Source: Octopus sinensis
Taxonomy: Eukaryota
Length of the DNA stretch: 64,000 bases
Reading direction: 5' to 3'
Assembly: GCF_006345805.1 (NCBI RefSeq)
Contig: NC_043013.1
Coordinates: 52,452,001-52,516,000, forward strand
Shown here: piece after piece, positions 1-13,092 of the stretch
How the letters are laid out: each line of letters opens with the position of its first letter
How positions within the stretch are numbered: position 1 is the stretch's first letter
The notes under the pieces: generated by a model
The model's database searches: none
The model's input: the letters and a program-made list of their open reading frames with translations, nothing else
What the model was told of the DNA's origin: nothing
Position numbers and translations under genes: made by a program

Positions 1-93
1 GTATATATGTGTATATGTATATTATAATATATATATATATATATGTATATGTTGTATATATATATATATATTATATTATATATGTATATGTTA

Positions 94-138
<45 letters not shown>

Positions 139-1304
139 TACAAATATAATTTCAAGTGCAAGCTTTGCTTATTAGAAAAAATGCACATATTATTCAAAGA
201 CAATAATTCTTTGAATCAAGAAGTGAGTTAATAACTTATGTAGGCACGCGGCTAAATTTAAAATGTCGAATATAAATATACCATGGATAGAGTATATTTT
301 TGTATTTTGATTTTTGATTTTGATTTTGACTCTTAAGCGCTACGACGGATCTATAGCAAAGTCTTATTGTTTCTACATATATTAGGAAAAACCTACAAAC
401 TTTTTTTCATGTTATTGTGTTGCATAGGATTACCTTGATTATTTATATTACCTTGATTATTTATAAATGACCCAAAATAGGATGTTTATATTTTATTTTA
501 TATGTCTTTCGTATATATTTTTATTAATGCAATGCACCCATTTTTTTAAAAGAATGTTTTTTTAAAAAAAAGCAATGTGTCAAATTTAGAATGTTTATAT
601 AAGTTTTGTGTATAGCAAGCATATGTATTTGTAAGCATGCGTATCTGTGTATGTGTAAGTGAAAGTATGCTTGTGCTTAAGCACGCATACACACGACGGT
701 ATGTATAGTATCAATTCAAACTTGTGTATGTATACTGGCCTCTATAGATGCCATAACATCGCTACAAGTTTCCCCCCCACCCCCTCTTCGTTCCTTTTTC
801 TCTCTTTCCCTTTCTTTTGTTCCCCCTCCTTGCTCAGTATATGAGATTGCTACATAGATGAATTTTAGCTTGCGTGCGAGACGGTTTGCGTGAATATATG
901 TACACATGCTTTTATGTGTATAATTTAGATTCATATTCATACGTCTATATATGTATGTATGGTGTTTACGCGCATCCTTTTGTTATGTTGATATATATAT
1001 GTGGATTTTAATATAAATATGTATTGCAGTATTTATAACAGGTTTAATTCTATGCATTAATTTGTACTGTCTTCATTAACGGCATAGGGTTTTTTCCTCG
1101 TTTTTTTCCTCGGATTTTATAATTTTTATAATTTTTATAAGTTTTTATATATATATACATATATTTTTGACCTTTTTGTTTATCGCTCGAAGATTGACCG
1201 TTTTTTCTAAAGGGCCAATCAAACAAGTCCATTTCTTTTTAAAGTGTAGCGTTTTGTAAGAGTATAGATTGAATTAATATATATTGTTCCATTCTACTAG
1301 CAAA

Positions 1305-1341
1305 CTGTCTGATGAACGGCAACGAGAACTCAGAGTAACAG
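1305..1341 (+). ncRNA. Type I hammerhead-ribozyme-like motif (degenerate, one A missing from GAAA)
   Basis: CTGT-CTGATGA-ACG GCAA CGA-GAA-CTCAGAGT-A-ACAG. Helix I CTGT/ACAG pairs, core CUGAUGA intact, helix II with GNRA loop, helix III ACTC/GAGT, GUA cleavage triplet. AATAAA follows about 25 nt downstream. Confidence 0.6.
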
Positions 1342-1832
1342 ATTTTGTTGAATTTTCTGCTGCTTAAAATAAAGTATATATATATATATATATATACATA
1401 CACGCATATACGCCCGCAACTGTGATATATTCAATCAGTTACACGATAAATCAATGTGATTGGTAACTTGGTTGATCGAAGAATTGAACAATCAAGCTTC
1501 GAAATTCTGACCGAGAGCTATTACACACGCATACACACAAACAGACAGACGCACACACACATGTGCGCGCGAAAAACAAATAAAAGAAAAATAAGATAAA
1601 CACGACATGCATTCCATGCCATTTTTCCCAACGCCCGTTTCAACATTGCGGTTAAATGCATCCTTTGCAGTGGGTGTTCATGATGCGTTTGAATGTAGAT
1701 TCACAACGGTTCTTCAGGGAAACCCTTTACAACATTGTATGAACATAGAACACATATGTGTGTGTATGTATGTGAGTGTGTGTATGTGTAAGCATGCTTG
1801 TGCATTTATCCGTTTGTGTGTGTGTGCGTGTA

Positions 1833-2247
1833 TCTTTTATCTTTAACTTGTTCCAGTCATTATACTGCAGCCATGCCGGGGCACCTCATTAACGAATTTA
1901 TGGTCGAATGTATCAACCCCAGTACGTTTTTTAAAGCCTGGTAATTGCTCTATAGGCCTCTTTTGTCGAACTGCTATGTTACGGTGAGATAAACATACCA
2001 ACACCGGTTATGAAGCAATGGGTGAGGGGACAAACACAGACACAGAGAAACACACACATAAATCTATAGCTAGATAAATATACGACGGGCTTCTGCACAG
2101 TTTCCGTCTACCAAATTCATGCACAATGCTTTAGTCGGCCCGATGCTATAGTAGATGACACCTGCCCATGGTGCCACGCAGTGGGACTGAACCCGGAACC
2201 ATGTGGTTGGAAAGCAAGCTTCTTACCACACAGCCACATCTGCACCT
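1833..2247 (-). mobile_element. SINE family A (tRNA head, CORE-like domain, internal microsatellite, 3' module), full-length diverged copy
   Basis: Reverse complement aligns by eye along its whole length to the copies at 19531 and 56455. Confidence 0.85.
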
Positions 2248-2599
2248 ATATTCTATTACTTTTTTACTTGTTTCAGTCATCTGACTGCGGCCATGCTGGA
2301 GCACCGCCTATAGTTTATAATTGTTTACCTTCTTTTGTCTTCATATTCATTGTTTCGTCATTTATAGTTCCGCTAGTTTGGGACCTTGTCGTCCCCTTTC
2401 CTGGTTCGGTACTGGGCCTAATTTGATCGTCGCTACTGGCACTTCCTGTTATGTTAAGGCTTATTAGGGTCTTATACTTAATTTAATCTGGAAGCTCTAA
2501 TTTCTTATTACTAATTAGTAATAATTATAAATCAGGAAATTAGTGACATTAATATTACTAGGTTAAATAATATCAGCTAGTCATTATTATAAGGTGGAT

Positions 2600-2841
2600 G
2601 GAGAAGTGTGGATTAGGGGTTAGGGTGTTGCCCTCATAATCGTCACATTGTGAGTTCGATTCCTGGAGTGTGCGATACGTTTTGTTCTTGAGCAAAACAC
2701 TTCATTTCACGTCGATCCAGTCCACCCAGCGCGCAAAAATAATTCTGCGACGGACCAGCATCCTGTTCAGAAACGGGATAATACATAGGCCATAGAATCT
2801 GGGAGACCGGCCTTATGAGTCTATGGGTCGGGAAGAAGCTT
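2600..2841 (+). mobile_element. SINE family C (tRNA-derived, V-SINE-like central domain), diverged
   Basis: A/B-box-like head (GAGTTCGATTCC) followed by GTTCTTGAGCAAAACACTTCATTTCACG, shared with 54772-55018 and 7800-8010. Confidence 0.75.
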
Positions 2842-2904
2842 TGACCCTCTTTTGGGTATATAGTGGACTTGTGACACCTCCACTGTGTGTGTTCGTGTAT
2901 ATAT

Positions 2905-2955
<51 letters not shown>

Positions 2956-3393
2956 CATTTTGTAACAACAAATAATTGACACAACCAAACTTTTACATGT
3001 TACTTTTGACAATCTTTTTCCAAAGAGTGAAACCGGTAAAGTAAATAAACATCTTTTAAACTGCATTTTCAAACCTTCTTTAGTATGTATATAAATATAT
3101 ATATATATTTATACATATATATACATATATTATTATATATATATATATATATATAATACATACACATATACATGAATATTTATACATACATGCACATATA
3201 CATATATACATACATACATATATATGACAATTCGAGAAACGAACAAAACCGCTAATAATAATGAATAAATATATTTTTTCCAAAATTCTGGCGACCTTTT
3301 TCTCAATGTATATATACGTATGTATGTATATATATGATATATAATGTATATATATGCATGCATATATGTGTGTATATATACATATATACATAC

Positions 3394-3439
<46 letters not shown>

Positions 3440-3650
3440 CACATATATATAACATATATATATATATATATAATATATATATATATAATACATACATATA
3501 TATACATATATACACAAATATACATATACTATATGTACATATATGGATATATACATATATATACACATATATATATACATATATATACATATATATACAC
3601 ACATTTATATATATATTAACAGACAAAAATAAAAATAATTGTTTACAAGA

Positions 3651-3688
<38 letters not shown>

Positions 3689-4333
3689 ATATATCAAGCC
3701 GGAAGAGAGAACCAGTAATTTTTGCTCTATATTAAATATCATTCGCTTGTACATTATGTTCCGACACAACATTCGAATTTTTTAATTCTTAAATTTCTCA
3801 TGTTGCTTGAAACTTTAAGATTTAAATAACTCTTTTATAAATCCTCTCAGATTACCTCTGATAAAATAAATGTAAATGATTGTTATGACTGAAATTAACT
3901 CGCCCATATCAACCGATATTTTCTCGAAACGGCCGTCACGTTTTGTACCCGCTGAAGAAACTTCTTAAGATCATCTTAGACCACCATTTCGTCTATTTGG
4001 ATTATCACTTTGCATTCACCATGTGCATATATTAATATCCTCGTTGATTTTAATACGAACATATATTTATGTATTTATATATTTTTATATTATATCATGT
4101 ACGTATGATTGCACCTATGTATGGTATGGAGTATTCCGATGCTTTGAAATATAATATGAGAGAATATAATATAATATAATATAATATAATATAATATAAT
4201 ATAATAATATAATATGAGTGAATATGAACACTGACCTGAGGTTCTATTAGAGCGCTAATTAGTTGTGCAGTATAAGGGGATAATTATCCTATTTATTCCA
4301 TCATATATGTATATGTATTATATATATATAATA

Positions 4334-5042
4334 CTAGCATTAAAGACCCCGTCGTTGCCGGCATAGTGCTAGTACATGTATATATGTGTTATATATGTGT
4401 ACATATTACATGTACTCTATATATATACATCTACACATAAAATGCAAATACAAAGTTATATCTTGATATCGCTAGTGATAACAATACTCAAAATATATAA
4501 CAGACTGGAATTGTTAGCTCTTCTTTTTTCTCTACATTGTATACGTTATAGACAATAGCCTTTTCTTTAATTTAATTTTTCATTATCCATCTGGACTATT
4601 CCTTTTCTGCACGCTAATTTTATTTTTAATTTAATTCCCATTCATGTGAAACCACTTATTCAAATTCAAATCATTGATGCAATTTTATACCAATTGCTAT
4701 TTTTACTTATATTATACTTTAGTTTGATTTTAATTATTACTTACTACATATAATTCAATTGTTATTATTATTTTTATTGTTTAAGTGAAAGCATCTGACA
4801 TAAAATAGAGAAATATTTTTGTTTCACTTCTAACACGTATACTGAAATAGTGGAGAGATATGATATTGCTATGGGCTCGCTCTAGGCAAGAAGTTGAACT
4901 TTTTTTTTTGCCGATGACACTCCCCGGACCTAAGTAAGGCATGTGTAAAATTTGAATGAAATTGGTTGAGTAGTTCTCAAGTTTTAGGGAAACACACAGA
5001 CACACACAGACAGACACACCATTCTCAGTTTTATATATATAA

Positions 5043-5045
<3 letters not shown>
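4334..5045 (-). mobile_element. Non-autonomous Helitron
   Basis: On the minus strand it starts A|TCTTTATATATATAAAACTGAGAATGG (5045), has a subterminal CTGT/GTGT microsatellite, and ends with a GC-rich hairpin remnant (CCGGCAACGACGG) and CTAG|T (4334). Inserted between A and T with no TSD. Confidence 0.7.
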
Positions 5046-5088
<43 letters not shown>

Positions 5089-5089
5089 C

Positions 5090-5137
5090 AAAAACTGCTA
5101 CTCAGAGTTTCCCGTTCCCGTTCGTCGGACAGTTTTT
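5090..5137 (-). ncRNA. Type I hammerhead-ribozyme-like motif (core U4>C), same family as 1305-1341
   Basis: Minus strand: AAAAACTGT-CCGACGA-ACG GGAA CGG-GAAA-CTCTGAGT-A-GCAGTTTTT. 9-bp helix I (one G:U), helix III ACTC/GAGT, GUA triplet. Confidence 0.62.
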
Positions 5138-5143
5138 GTTTAG

Positions 5144-5227
<84 letters not shown>

Positions 5228-5349
5228 TATATCTATGTATATATATGTATATATTTTACTTCTTTCAGTATATAGACCGCGGCCATGCTGGATCACCGCC
5301 CTTCAAGAACTTAGTTGAAAAATCAACCCAATGCTTAATTTCTTTTAGA

Positions 5350-5560
5350 CTCGGCCAGCGCTAATGAATCATATAGACTTCTCAGTCTGGAAATATCCAG
5401 ATATGACTGTAGTTTAAAGATATCCCAGATCTTTGATAGAAGCAACCGTAGAAAAATGATTGGGAAAAATAGCTAATGTCAAGTGCGTGTGGCCTAAGAC
5501 ACAAGGTATATAATGGAAAATGCCTTAGTGCATCGAAGCTATTTCATAAAAAGATATATT
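5350..5560 (+). mobile_element. Possible Tc1/mariner transposase C-terminal remnant
   Basis: One frame reads PALMNHIDFSVWKY...SLIEATVEK*LGKI, resembling the SPDLNPxDxxVW motif. Several stops, no TIRs seen. Confidence 0.35.
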
Positions 5561-5732
5561 TGTAATTGCTTATTGTACCTTAGTGTGCGATCTTATAGTC
5601 AAATGTTAACTTTAGCTGAAGGGCGCTTTATCTAGAAACGCGTTCGTTTAAATTTCATAATTATAAATATATATTCAATATAGTACTTAGTACTCTTCTC
5701 TTTGTTTATTCTGACCGTTTCAACCTTCAAGA

Positions 5733-5990
5733 TGTATGTATGTATGTATGTATGTATGTATATATGTATGTATGTATATATGTATGTATGTATGTATGTA
5801 ATGTATGTATGTATGTATGTATGTATGTATGTAGGTATGCATGTATGGTATGTATGTATGTATGAATGTATGTATGTATGTATGTTATGTATGTATGTAT
5901 GTATGTATGTATGTATGCATGCATGCATGCATCATGTATTTGTATGTAATGTATGTATGTAGTTGTATCTATCTATCTATCTATCTATCT
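5733..5990. repeat. (TATG)n followed by (TATC)n microsatellite
   Basis: Direct reading. Explains the ORFs at 5632-5962. Confidence 0.95.
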
Positions 5991-7084
5991 ATGTATCTAT
6001 GTATGGAGGTATGGCTATCTTATCTATCTATCTATGGTGGAGGAAAGATACAGAGGAAACAGGGAGGGAAGAAAGGTAGGCTAAGGGTAGCTGGGGAGAG
6101 AGGTAGCTAATATAGATACATATACGCAAACAGAGACAGGATGACTAGTAGAAAGATGAAGTGAGAGACATAAAGATGGATTAATTTGTCATTTTATATA
6201 TGTATATATATATTATTTACAAATATATATGCATCTAAATACATGTGTATTATATTATATTCTCTACGTATGTGAACATATATATGTGTGTGTATGTATA
6301 TATATGTTTGTATATATATATATATATATTATATATATATATATATATATGTTATGTATATATATGTATGTACAATATATATGTCTGTATATATATGTAT
6401 ATATATATGTGTATATATATATATGTAATATATGTATATATACTGTATATGTATTATAAATATATATATATATAATTATATATAGTATCTATAATATATA
6501 TATATATATAATATATGCTGCATTTATTATGCGCTTGAGGGTTTGTCGTGCGAGTTGAGATTTCACTAACAGCAAACATACGATGATAAAGAAGCAAAAA
6601 CAAATATGTCAAAAATATATTTAAAACTAAAAAAAAAGACAAAATAGAAAGAATTAACAACAAACACAAAGAAAAAAATACAAAAAAAAAACATATTAAG
6701 CAATGTAATAACATGTTTGCTTTACAAGATTCTTTAAGACCATTTAATCTAAGAGTTTCTGCTGCAATATGTCTTGTGATCCTTCTGACAAGTATCACAT
6801 CTAAGAGCAACTGTATACTCTGGTAACACTAACCCCGTTCTTTCTCTTCACTGGAATTAGTTTAATGTAATCAGGTGCCAACTCTCTCATTAAACTTACG
6901 AAACTGTTAAGTTCTCCGAACTTACAAAATGATTCGCATACGCAAAGCATACGCACACACATATACATTCATAAACGCATTCGTACTTGTATGCTCATAC
7001 TTAGACACATACACATTCTAACACGTTCTTCAGCTGGTATATATATACACACATCTTTATATATATATGTATATATATATATGA

Positions 7085-7123
<39 letters not shown>

Positions 7124-7799
7124 TATGTGTACGCACTATGTATATATATATATATAGAGAGATAGATAGATATGTGTGTGTACGCATGTATGTATGTATA
7201 CATATATATATATGCATATAAATATACATATATATGTTTGTATGTATTTGTAAATATACATATATATATATATATATATATATGCGTGTGTGTGTGTATG
7301 TGTGTATGTGTGTGTTTATGTATGTGCATGTGTAATTATATGTGCGTGTTTGTATATTTTCACGTGCATAAATGTGTGTGTAATTTTTGTTAGTTTTTGT
7401 GTAGATATGTATAAAACGTGTGTGTATACTTTAAAAGTTCTTAGTTTAGATACTCGAACACACGCCAATACACACACACACACACACAACTTGCATTTGT
7501 TTGTGGTTGTTAAATACTTCATCTATGACAATTTCGTACGCAAAATCTTCTGTGGCAGAATTGCAAAACGTAATGGGCTCCAAGCAATAAAAACGCGATT
7601 TCAAGACTTAGCGGCGGATTTATATATTTCCTTTTATGTATTCGCTTTAAAATCTACACCGATGTTTACCCAACGATTACGACTCAGCCGGATGTAAGGG
7701 ACTTGGATGGGATTAGAAACCGTCATACTTTCGTAGGTATGCAGTTTATGGGGGAAGCAATAATTTAGTTATCTAAATTTGATAACAAGAAGTACTGGT

Positions 7800-8010
7800 T
7801 CGAGTGTTACGACTCCTAGGGCTGGTCGCTCGGTTTTCATGGCGTATAGGTGACGGAGATCATGAACGGGACGTCAGTACGTCACAATGGAGAGGAACAA
7901 CGTGAAGTGAAGTGTTTTGTTCAAGAGCATAACGCACCATCCGGCCAGAGAATCGAAAGCACGACCATGCGATCGTGAATGCAACACCCTCATCATTAGA
8001 CCACGCGCCT
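7800..8010 (-). mobile_element. SINE family C, diverged copy
   Basis: Contains CGTGAAGTGAAGTGTTTTGTTCAAGAGCATAACGC, the reverse complement of the family C central motif, plus a tRNA-like head. Confidence 0.7.
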
Positions 8011-9334
8011 TCATCTTTGACAATAAGAAGGCTTCAAAAATTGCTTAACACACCATACTGTAAATGAATAAATTGAAAAGCGTTAAGTTTATGTAAGACA
8101 TTCTTTAGAAAAGATAGGATAGAGCAGAACATTTCTATGTGTATCAAATTTTATAGTTGAAGGTTTCGGATTGTATTATTGACCTGTTCACGTTACCGCT
8201 CTAATTTGACACTAATCGAGTTTTCTGTCAGTCTTAATGCTTGTTATTACTAGCTGAATAAACTGGTGGGGCAATGTCTAGTTAAATGCCTTGCCCAAGG
8301 AGAAAACACACCTGATGCACCGGGAATCGAACAGATGATGTTATGATAAAAAGTTCACTTGTATAACCACTCAGCTACACACTTTTTCAAGAAAGTTTTT
8401 ACGACCTTGTCCTAAATGAACCATTTTATGTATGCATGTATATACGTGAATATATATGCATACACTGATGTATATAAGTGTTTGTGTGTGTGTGTGTGTG
8501 TGTATCTATCTATCGTTCTATAAATGTACTTTTTTATTTGTGGGGTTTCAAGACAACTAATGGTTTCATGTGAAGGATCTTCACAATTGTTCAAGCAGAC
8601 AACGTGGAAATGTTGGTACCTGTCTCCATTTTAGATTAAGATCTCTTCACATGAAACTATTGGTAGCCTTATTAAACCCCAAATAAAGAATATCTATCCA
8701 TAAACGCGGTGTTCAGCACTGATTCTCACTGTTCGATATTAGCGTTTATGAATATATTTTTATGTCAGTGCTTGTTAATGCTATGTAAAAATATCTTTAT
8801 AAACTAACCCTAAAGGCACAGCAGTCGTTGTACCCATAACAGCTTATAGTTTCTGACCATCTCTTATGGAAACCCTCGGTCAGAAAATATAAATATTTCA
8901 GCTACGATAATTTGGTAACCTTCAGAAACATATTGTTAAGATCTTCATGAAAAAGTATTCATTAACAGGTCTTGCTGAAGGCGGTGGGCTTGAAGAATCG
9001 TTAGTGCATCGAACCATATGTCTTGTGTATTTTGCGATTTAGGTATTATATTTAATACAAATACGTCACGGAAATCCAAATCAGTCGTGTCATTCGTCCG
9101 GACATACATGCTGATGACGAAGCCTAAAGACGCTAAAATGTGTGCCTAGCATCTCTGCCACAACTGCTGGACTAATTCCGTCTTCTACTGATATATCTTT
9201 TACTAAACAAAGTACGTCCATAAGAGATACTATGTAGATAAAATCCACCTCGGTGGAATTTGAACTCAGAACACAAAAAACCAGAATTGCATCAAATTTT
9301 GACACAAGGTCAGCAATTTTAGGGGGAGTAGTAA

Positions 9335-9650
9335 TCGATTATATCGATACCAGTGATTCACTGGTTTTTAATTTTATCAATACAGAAAAGACAAAATGCA
9401 GAGTCGACCTTGGCGGGATTTGAACCCAGAACGTAAAGATCCGGAAAAATTGCAGTTATGCACTTTGTCCAATGCTGTAGTGATTCTGCCAACTCACCGC
9501 CTAACAAGAACATAGTAACGCTAATCCTTTCTACTTTAGGCACAAAGCCTGAAATATTAGTGGTAGGGGTGGCTGGGTGGTTAAGACGATTACATCGACC
9601 CCAGTGTTCGACTGGTACTTATTTCCCGAAAGGGCGAAAGGCTAAGTAAA
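9335..9650 (-). mobile_element. SINE family B fragments (two partial copies)
   Basis: GTCGACCTTGGCGGGATTTGAACCCAGAACGTA and CATCGACCCCAGTG motifs match 17091-17321. Confidence 0.75.
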
Positions 9651-10110
9651 CACAAGTTTACATTATGACTGCTACATTATGATATCGAACCCGAAATGAT
9701 TGAGAAGAAAAGTTGACCTGAGCTAGATTTGAACACAGAATGGGGGGAAAAAAAGCACTCGGAAAACAAACCGGAAAACAGATATAATCGCAAACAAATA
9801 TTGACATACGCTTGGCCGCTCTAATCTTGATTGTGATTCAGCGGAATATCGAAGAGGTTGCGACAGCTGGAAGGATAGAGGGCAAAAAAATATAACCCAA
9901 TCTATAGTAGGAACTATACCAATCTATATTACTAAACTCACAGCGAACGAGAAAGAATTTAAAGTAAATAAAGAGTTTTATAATTTAGCATTAGAGAAGG
10001 CGGGACATAGAGAAAAGTTAAAATTCTTTAACGGTAGTAATAATAGAAATGATAAATGTATTAGGATGAACCATCTTGACAATAATCAAAATAGTTTGTA
10101 TAATATGAAG

Positions 10111-10501
10111 GCGGGGAGCTGGCAGAAACGTTAGCACGCCGGGCGAAATGCGTAGCCGTATTTCGTCTGCCGTCGTTACGTTCTGAGTTCAAATTCCGCC
10201 GAGTCGAGTCGTTTGCCTTTTTTTTGTTTCGGGTCGATAAATTAAGTACCAGTTACGCATTGGGGTCGATATAATCGACTTAATCCGTTTGTCTGTCCTT
10301 GTTTGCCCTCCGTGTTTAGCCCCTTGTGGGTAGTAAAGAAATAGGTATTTCTTCTGCCGCTACGTTCTGAGTTCAAATTCCGCCGAGGTCGACTTTGCTT
10401 TTTATCCTTTCGGGGTCGATAAATTAAGTACCAGTTGCGTAGTGTGGACGATCCAATCGACTGGCTCCCTCCCCAAATATTTCGGGCCTAGAGTAGAAAA
10501 G
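10111..10501 (+). mobile_element. SINE family B tandem dimer inserted in the Penelope-like element, 9-bp TSD
   Basis: Full unit plus a 5'-truncated second unit. AATATGAAG at 10102-10110 and 10502-10510. Removing the insert rejoins the PLE reading frame. Confidence 0.85.
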
Positions 10502-12124
10502 AATATGAAGAACACCACGAACCAAAAAGAACAGACAGTAGGAAGAATTGAAGATAAGAAGCCTGTGGAATTAGAATACAACAACAGAGTACCTAGAGAC
10601 AAAAAGAAGAGTACAACTTTAGATGAATCTGTGCCAAAGAGAGTGCAAAGAGACCTAGATGTAAATGGACTTACTGAGAGGTCCCATTCGAATAGGGGAG
10701 GTAACCAATATATTAGTTCTGTAAATAGTACTGAATAAATAACTGACAAATGATGTCAAACAAACCCAATGTGGTAATAAGAATGAACTTTACAAAAAGC
10801 TTAGGTAGAAATAGAAATACATGCCTCAATAACATGGATTTCTCTAGCTATATCCAATGGTATATAATTCCGTTCGGAAAACAAATAATTTCTAATATAC
10901 CAAAATTGTTTTATTCGACATTGACTAAATATCTTCCAAAAGACAGTATAGAATTTAGATAGGGGGGGGGGTTAGATTTAGACTAGCTTTTTGCAAATAG
11001 CAAAAATCTAGCACAAATTGTAGCAGCAGAGATCGCTAGTGAATTTAGCATCTTCCAATAGCAATAATAGTAACGAGGATTATAATAGACCAATAAATAG
11101 CAACAATGGCAACATGAGCGAAGAAACCATTAGTAATACAACTAGGTATCAGGATAGGAATTATGGTTTGACAACCAATAAAATACAATAGACCCGAGTG
11201 AACTCCCCCATTATCTGGAAGTCTAAGATGCGAATCCTAAAAAGCGCAGTACTCAGAATGTTGTCTATGTGCTAAAGACTAATAGCTTGGAAGATAGACA
11301 GGAGAATATAGAAATAACATCTAGAGAAGATGAAACAAATACTCTTAATAGAAGTAGTAGAACTATTAAATGCGATTGTGCAAGGAACAGTGTCTGTCCG
11401 TTTAACTCTAATTGTAGATTTTAAAATATCGTATACAGATGTAAGGCTACATTAGAGAATAGGGAGTACTTCTATAAAGACGCTAGCTCATGTTATATTA
11501 AGCAGAGAGTTGCTAATTATTTAAGGTCGTTCAGAAATAAGAAAAAAAATGAAGGCTAGTAAGCTAATTTGGCCACTAAAAGATAGTAGCAAAGTATTTT
11601 CGATTGCTTGGGAAATAATTACTGAAGCAAAACCTTATAGAATAGATGATAATAGATGTAACTTTTGTGTAGAAGAAATGTACCAAATCTTCACATCTAA
11701 ATTTACTCTTATAATCACTAGACAGGAACAGGCTATGAGATGCTCACACTGGATTTGATATACGTTTAAACGATTTAAAGAAACATAATTTAAAATAATG
11801 ATTGTGATAATTCATGATATTTATGCAAATAATGCTAATAAGTATAATTATATAAATATAATAATATTAACTGAGGGTAAAAACCAAGAATAAGTGAAAC
11901 ACCTCTCAATGAATAATGTACGCTATACAGTAAAACATAAACAAAATTGCTACAATTAATTGTAATATAAATAAACATTTAAAAGCACGATTCAACAGTA
12001 ATACCAGCAGAGGTGATTATAAGACCAGAATGCAATTCGATTTAAAAAGTAACGCGATCACCTTCAACTGAATACGAACACAGGACACTTGTTTGAATTA
12101 GTTCACTTTGAAAACGTCGTTAGT

Positions 12125-12217
12125 GATGGACCTTTGATGAAATTACAGCGACTAGGATGCATAATTGCATACGGAGCAATGTGCAGTTGGTGCAGTGGAA
12201 ACATATGTCGGTCATTG
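12125..12217 (+). ncRNA. Degenerate hammerhead ribozyme in the 3' (pseudo-LTR) region of the Penelope-like element
   Basis: GACC-TTTGATGA-(long imperfect helix II)-GAAA-CATATG-TC-GGTC. Palindromic ACATATGT helix III, GUC triplet (cut after 12209), helix I GACC/GGTC, mutated core. AATAAA about 30 nt downstream. Confidence 0.6.
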
Positions 12218-12309
12218 TTATATATGTTGTAGAAAACTTTTTTAATAAAAAGGTTTGGATGTGAATAAATGTTCACTGTCTTTTTGGTTTTCAATTATAT
12301 ATATATATT

Positions 12310-12658
12310 TGTGCATTTGTGTCTGCCTTTGTCCCCCACATCGCTTGACAACCGATGTTGGTGTGTTTACGTCACCGTAAATTAGTGGTTCAGGAAAAGA
12401 TACCGATAGAATAATTACTAGGCTTACGAAGAATAAGTCCTGGGGGGAGGGGGTCTATTTAAGGTAGTACTCCAGCATGGGCGCAGTCAAATGAGTGAAA
12501 TAAGTAAAAGAATAAAAGAATCTGTGTGTGTGTGTGTATGTGTGTGTGTGTGTGTGTGTGTGTACTGGAATCGATACGTTCGACCAAAATTTGTCAGGGT
12601 GGTGCCCCAGCATGGCCGCAGTCAAATGACTGAAACAAGAAAAATATAAAAGACAAAA
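12310..12658 (+). mobile_element. SINE family A right-hand module, with a second tail after a (TG)n tract
   Basis: CATCGCTTGACAACCGATGTTGGTGTGTTTACG ... CCAGCATGG(G/C)CGCAGTCAAATGA seen twice. Confidence 0.75.
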
Positions 12659-12839
12659 GATATATACGTACGCATCTGTACACGTATACACACACATACA
12701 AACACATATTCCGTAACATATAAACATGCCTACACACCTATATACATACATACATACATACATACATATACTTCTATGTGTGACTGTGAACACATCTGTA
12801 AACGTACACGCGCACACACACGCACATTATACTACCCTG

Positions 12840-12899
<60 letters not shown>

Positions 12900-13054
12900 A
12901 CATCTACAATAATGACATATCAAGAGTTATGTTATAGGAAGATGAATTAAGAGATAGTTTTATATTTTAGCAAAATATTTATCAATTTCGCCAAATTATC
13001 CACCATGGGAATATTGTTATTATTTACATATAAATATATACAAACACTATATAC

Positions 13055-13092
<38 letters not shown>

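Larger units (their letters stand above)
9889..12250 (+). mobile_element. Penelope-like retroelement (GIY-YIG type), 5'-truncated and decayed
   Basis: RT thumb NITQSIVGTIPIYITKLTANEKEFKVNKEFYNLALEKAGHREKLKF (9889-10026). Linker IQWYIIPFGKQIISNIPKLFYSTLTKYLPK (about 10850-10940) and NSKNLAQIVAA. Cys knuckle plus nuclease CDCARNSVCPFNSNCRF*NIVYRCKATLENREYFYKD...KLIWPLKD...IAWEII...KPY...RCNFCVEE...RCSH (about 11370-11760). These match the PLE consensus pattern WFNPP / CNC..CP / VY..YIG / CNLC..E / CRH from memory. Multiple stops and frameshifts. Confidence 0.85.

Noticed and set aside
3926-3960. GAAACGGCCGTC (hammerhead 3' half) with a downstream CTGAAGA
   Set aside because: No upstream core for type I, and helices I and II do not pair in a type II arrangement. 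At most a half-remnant.
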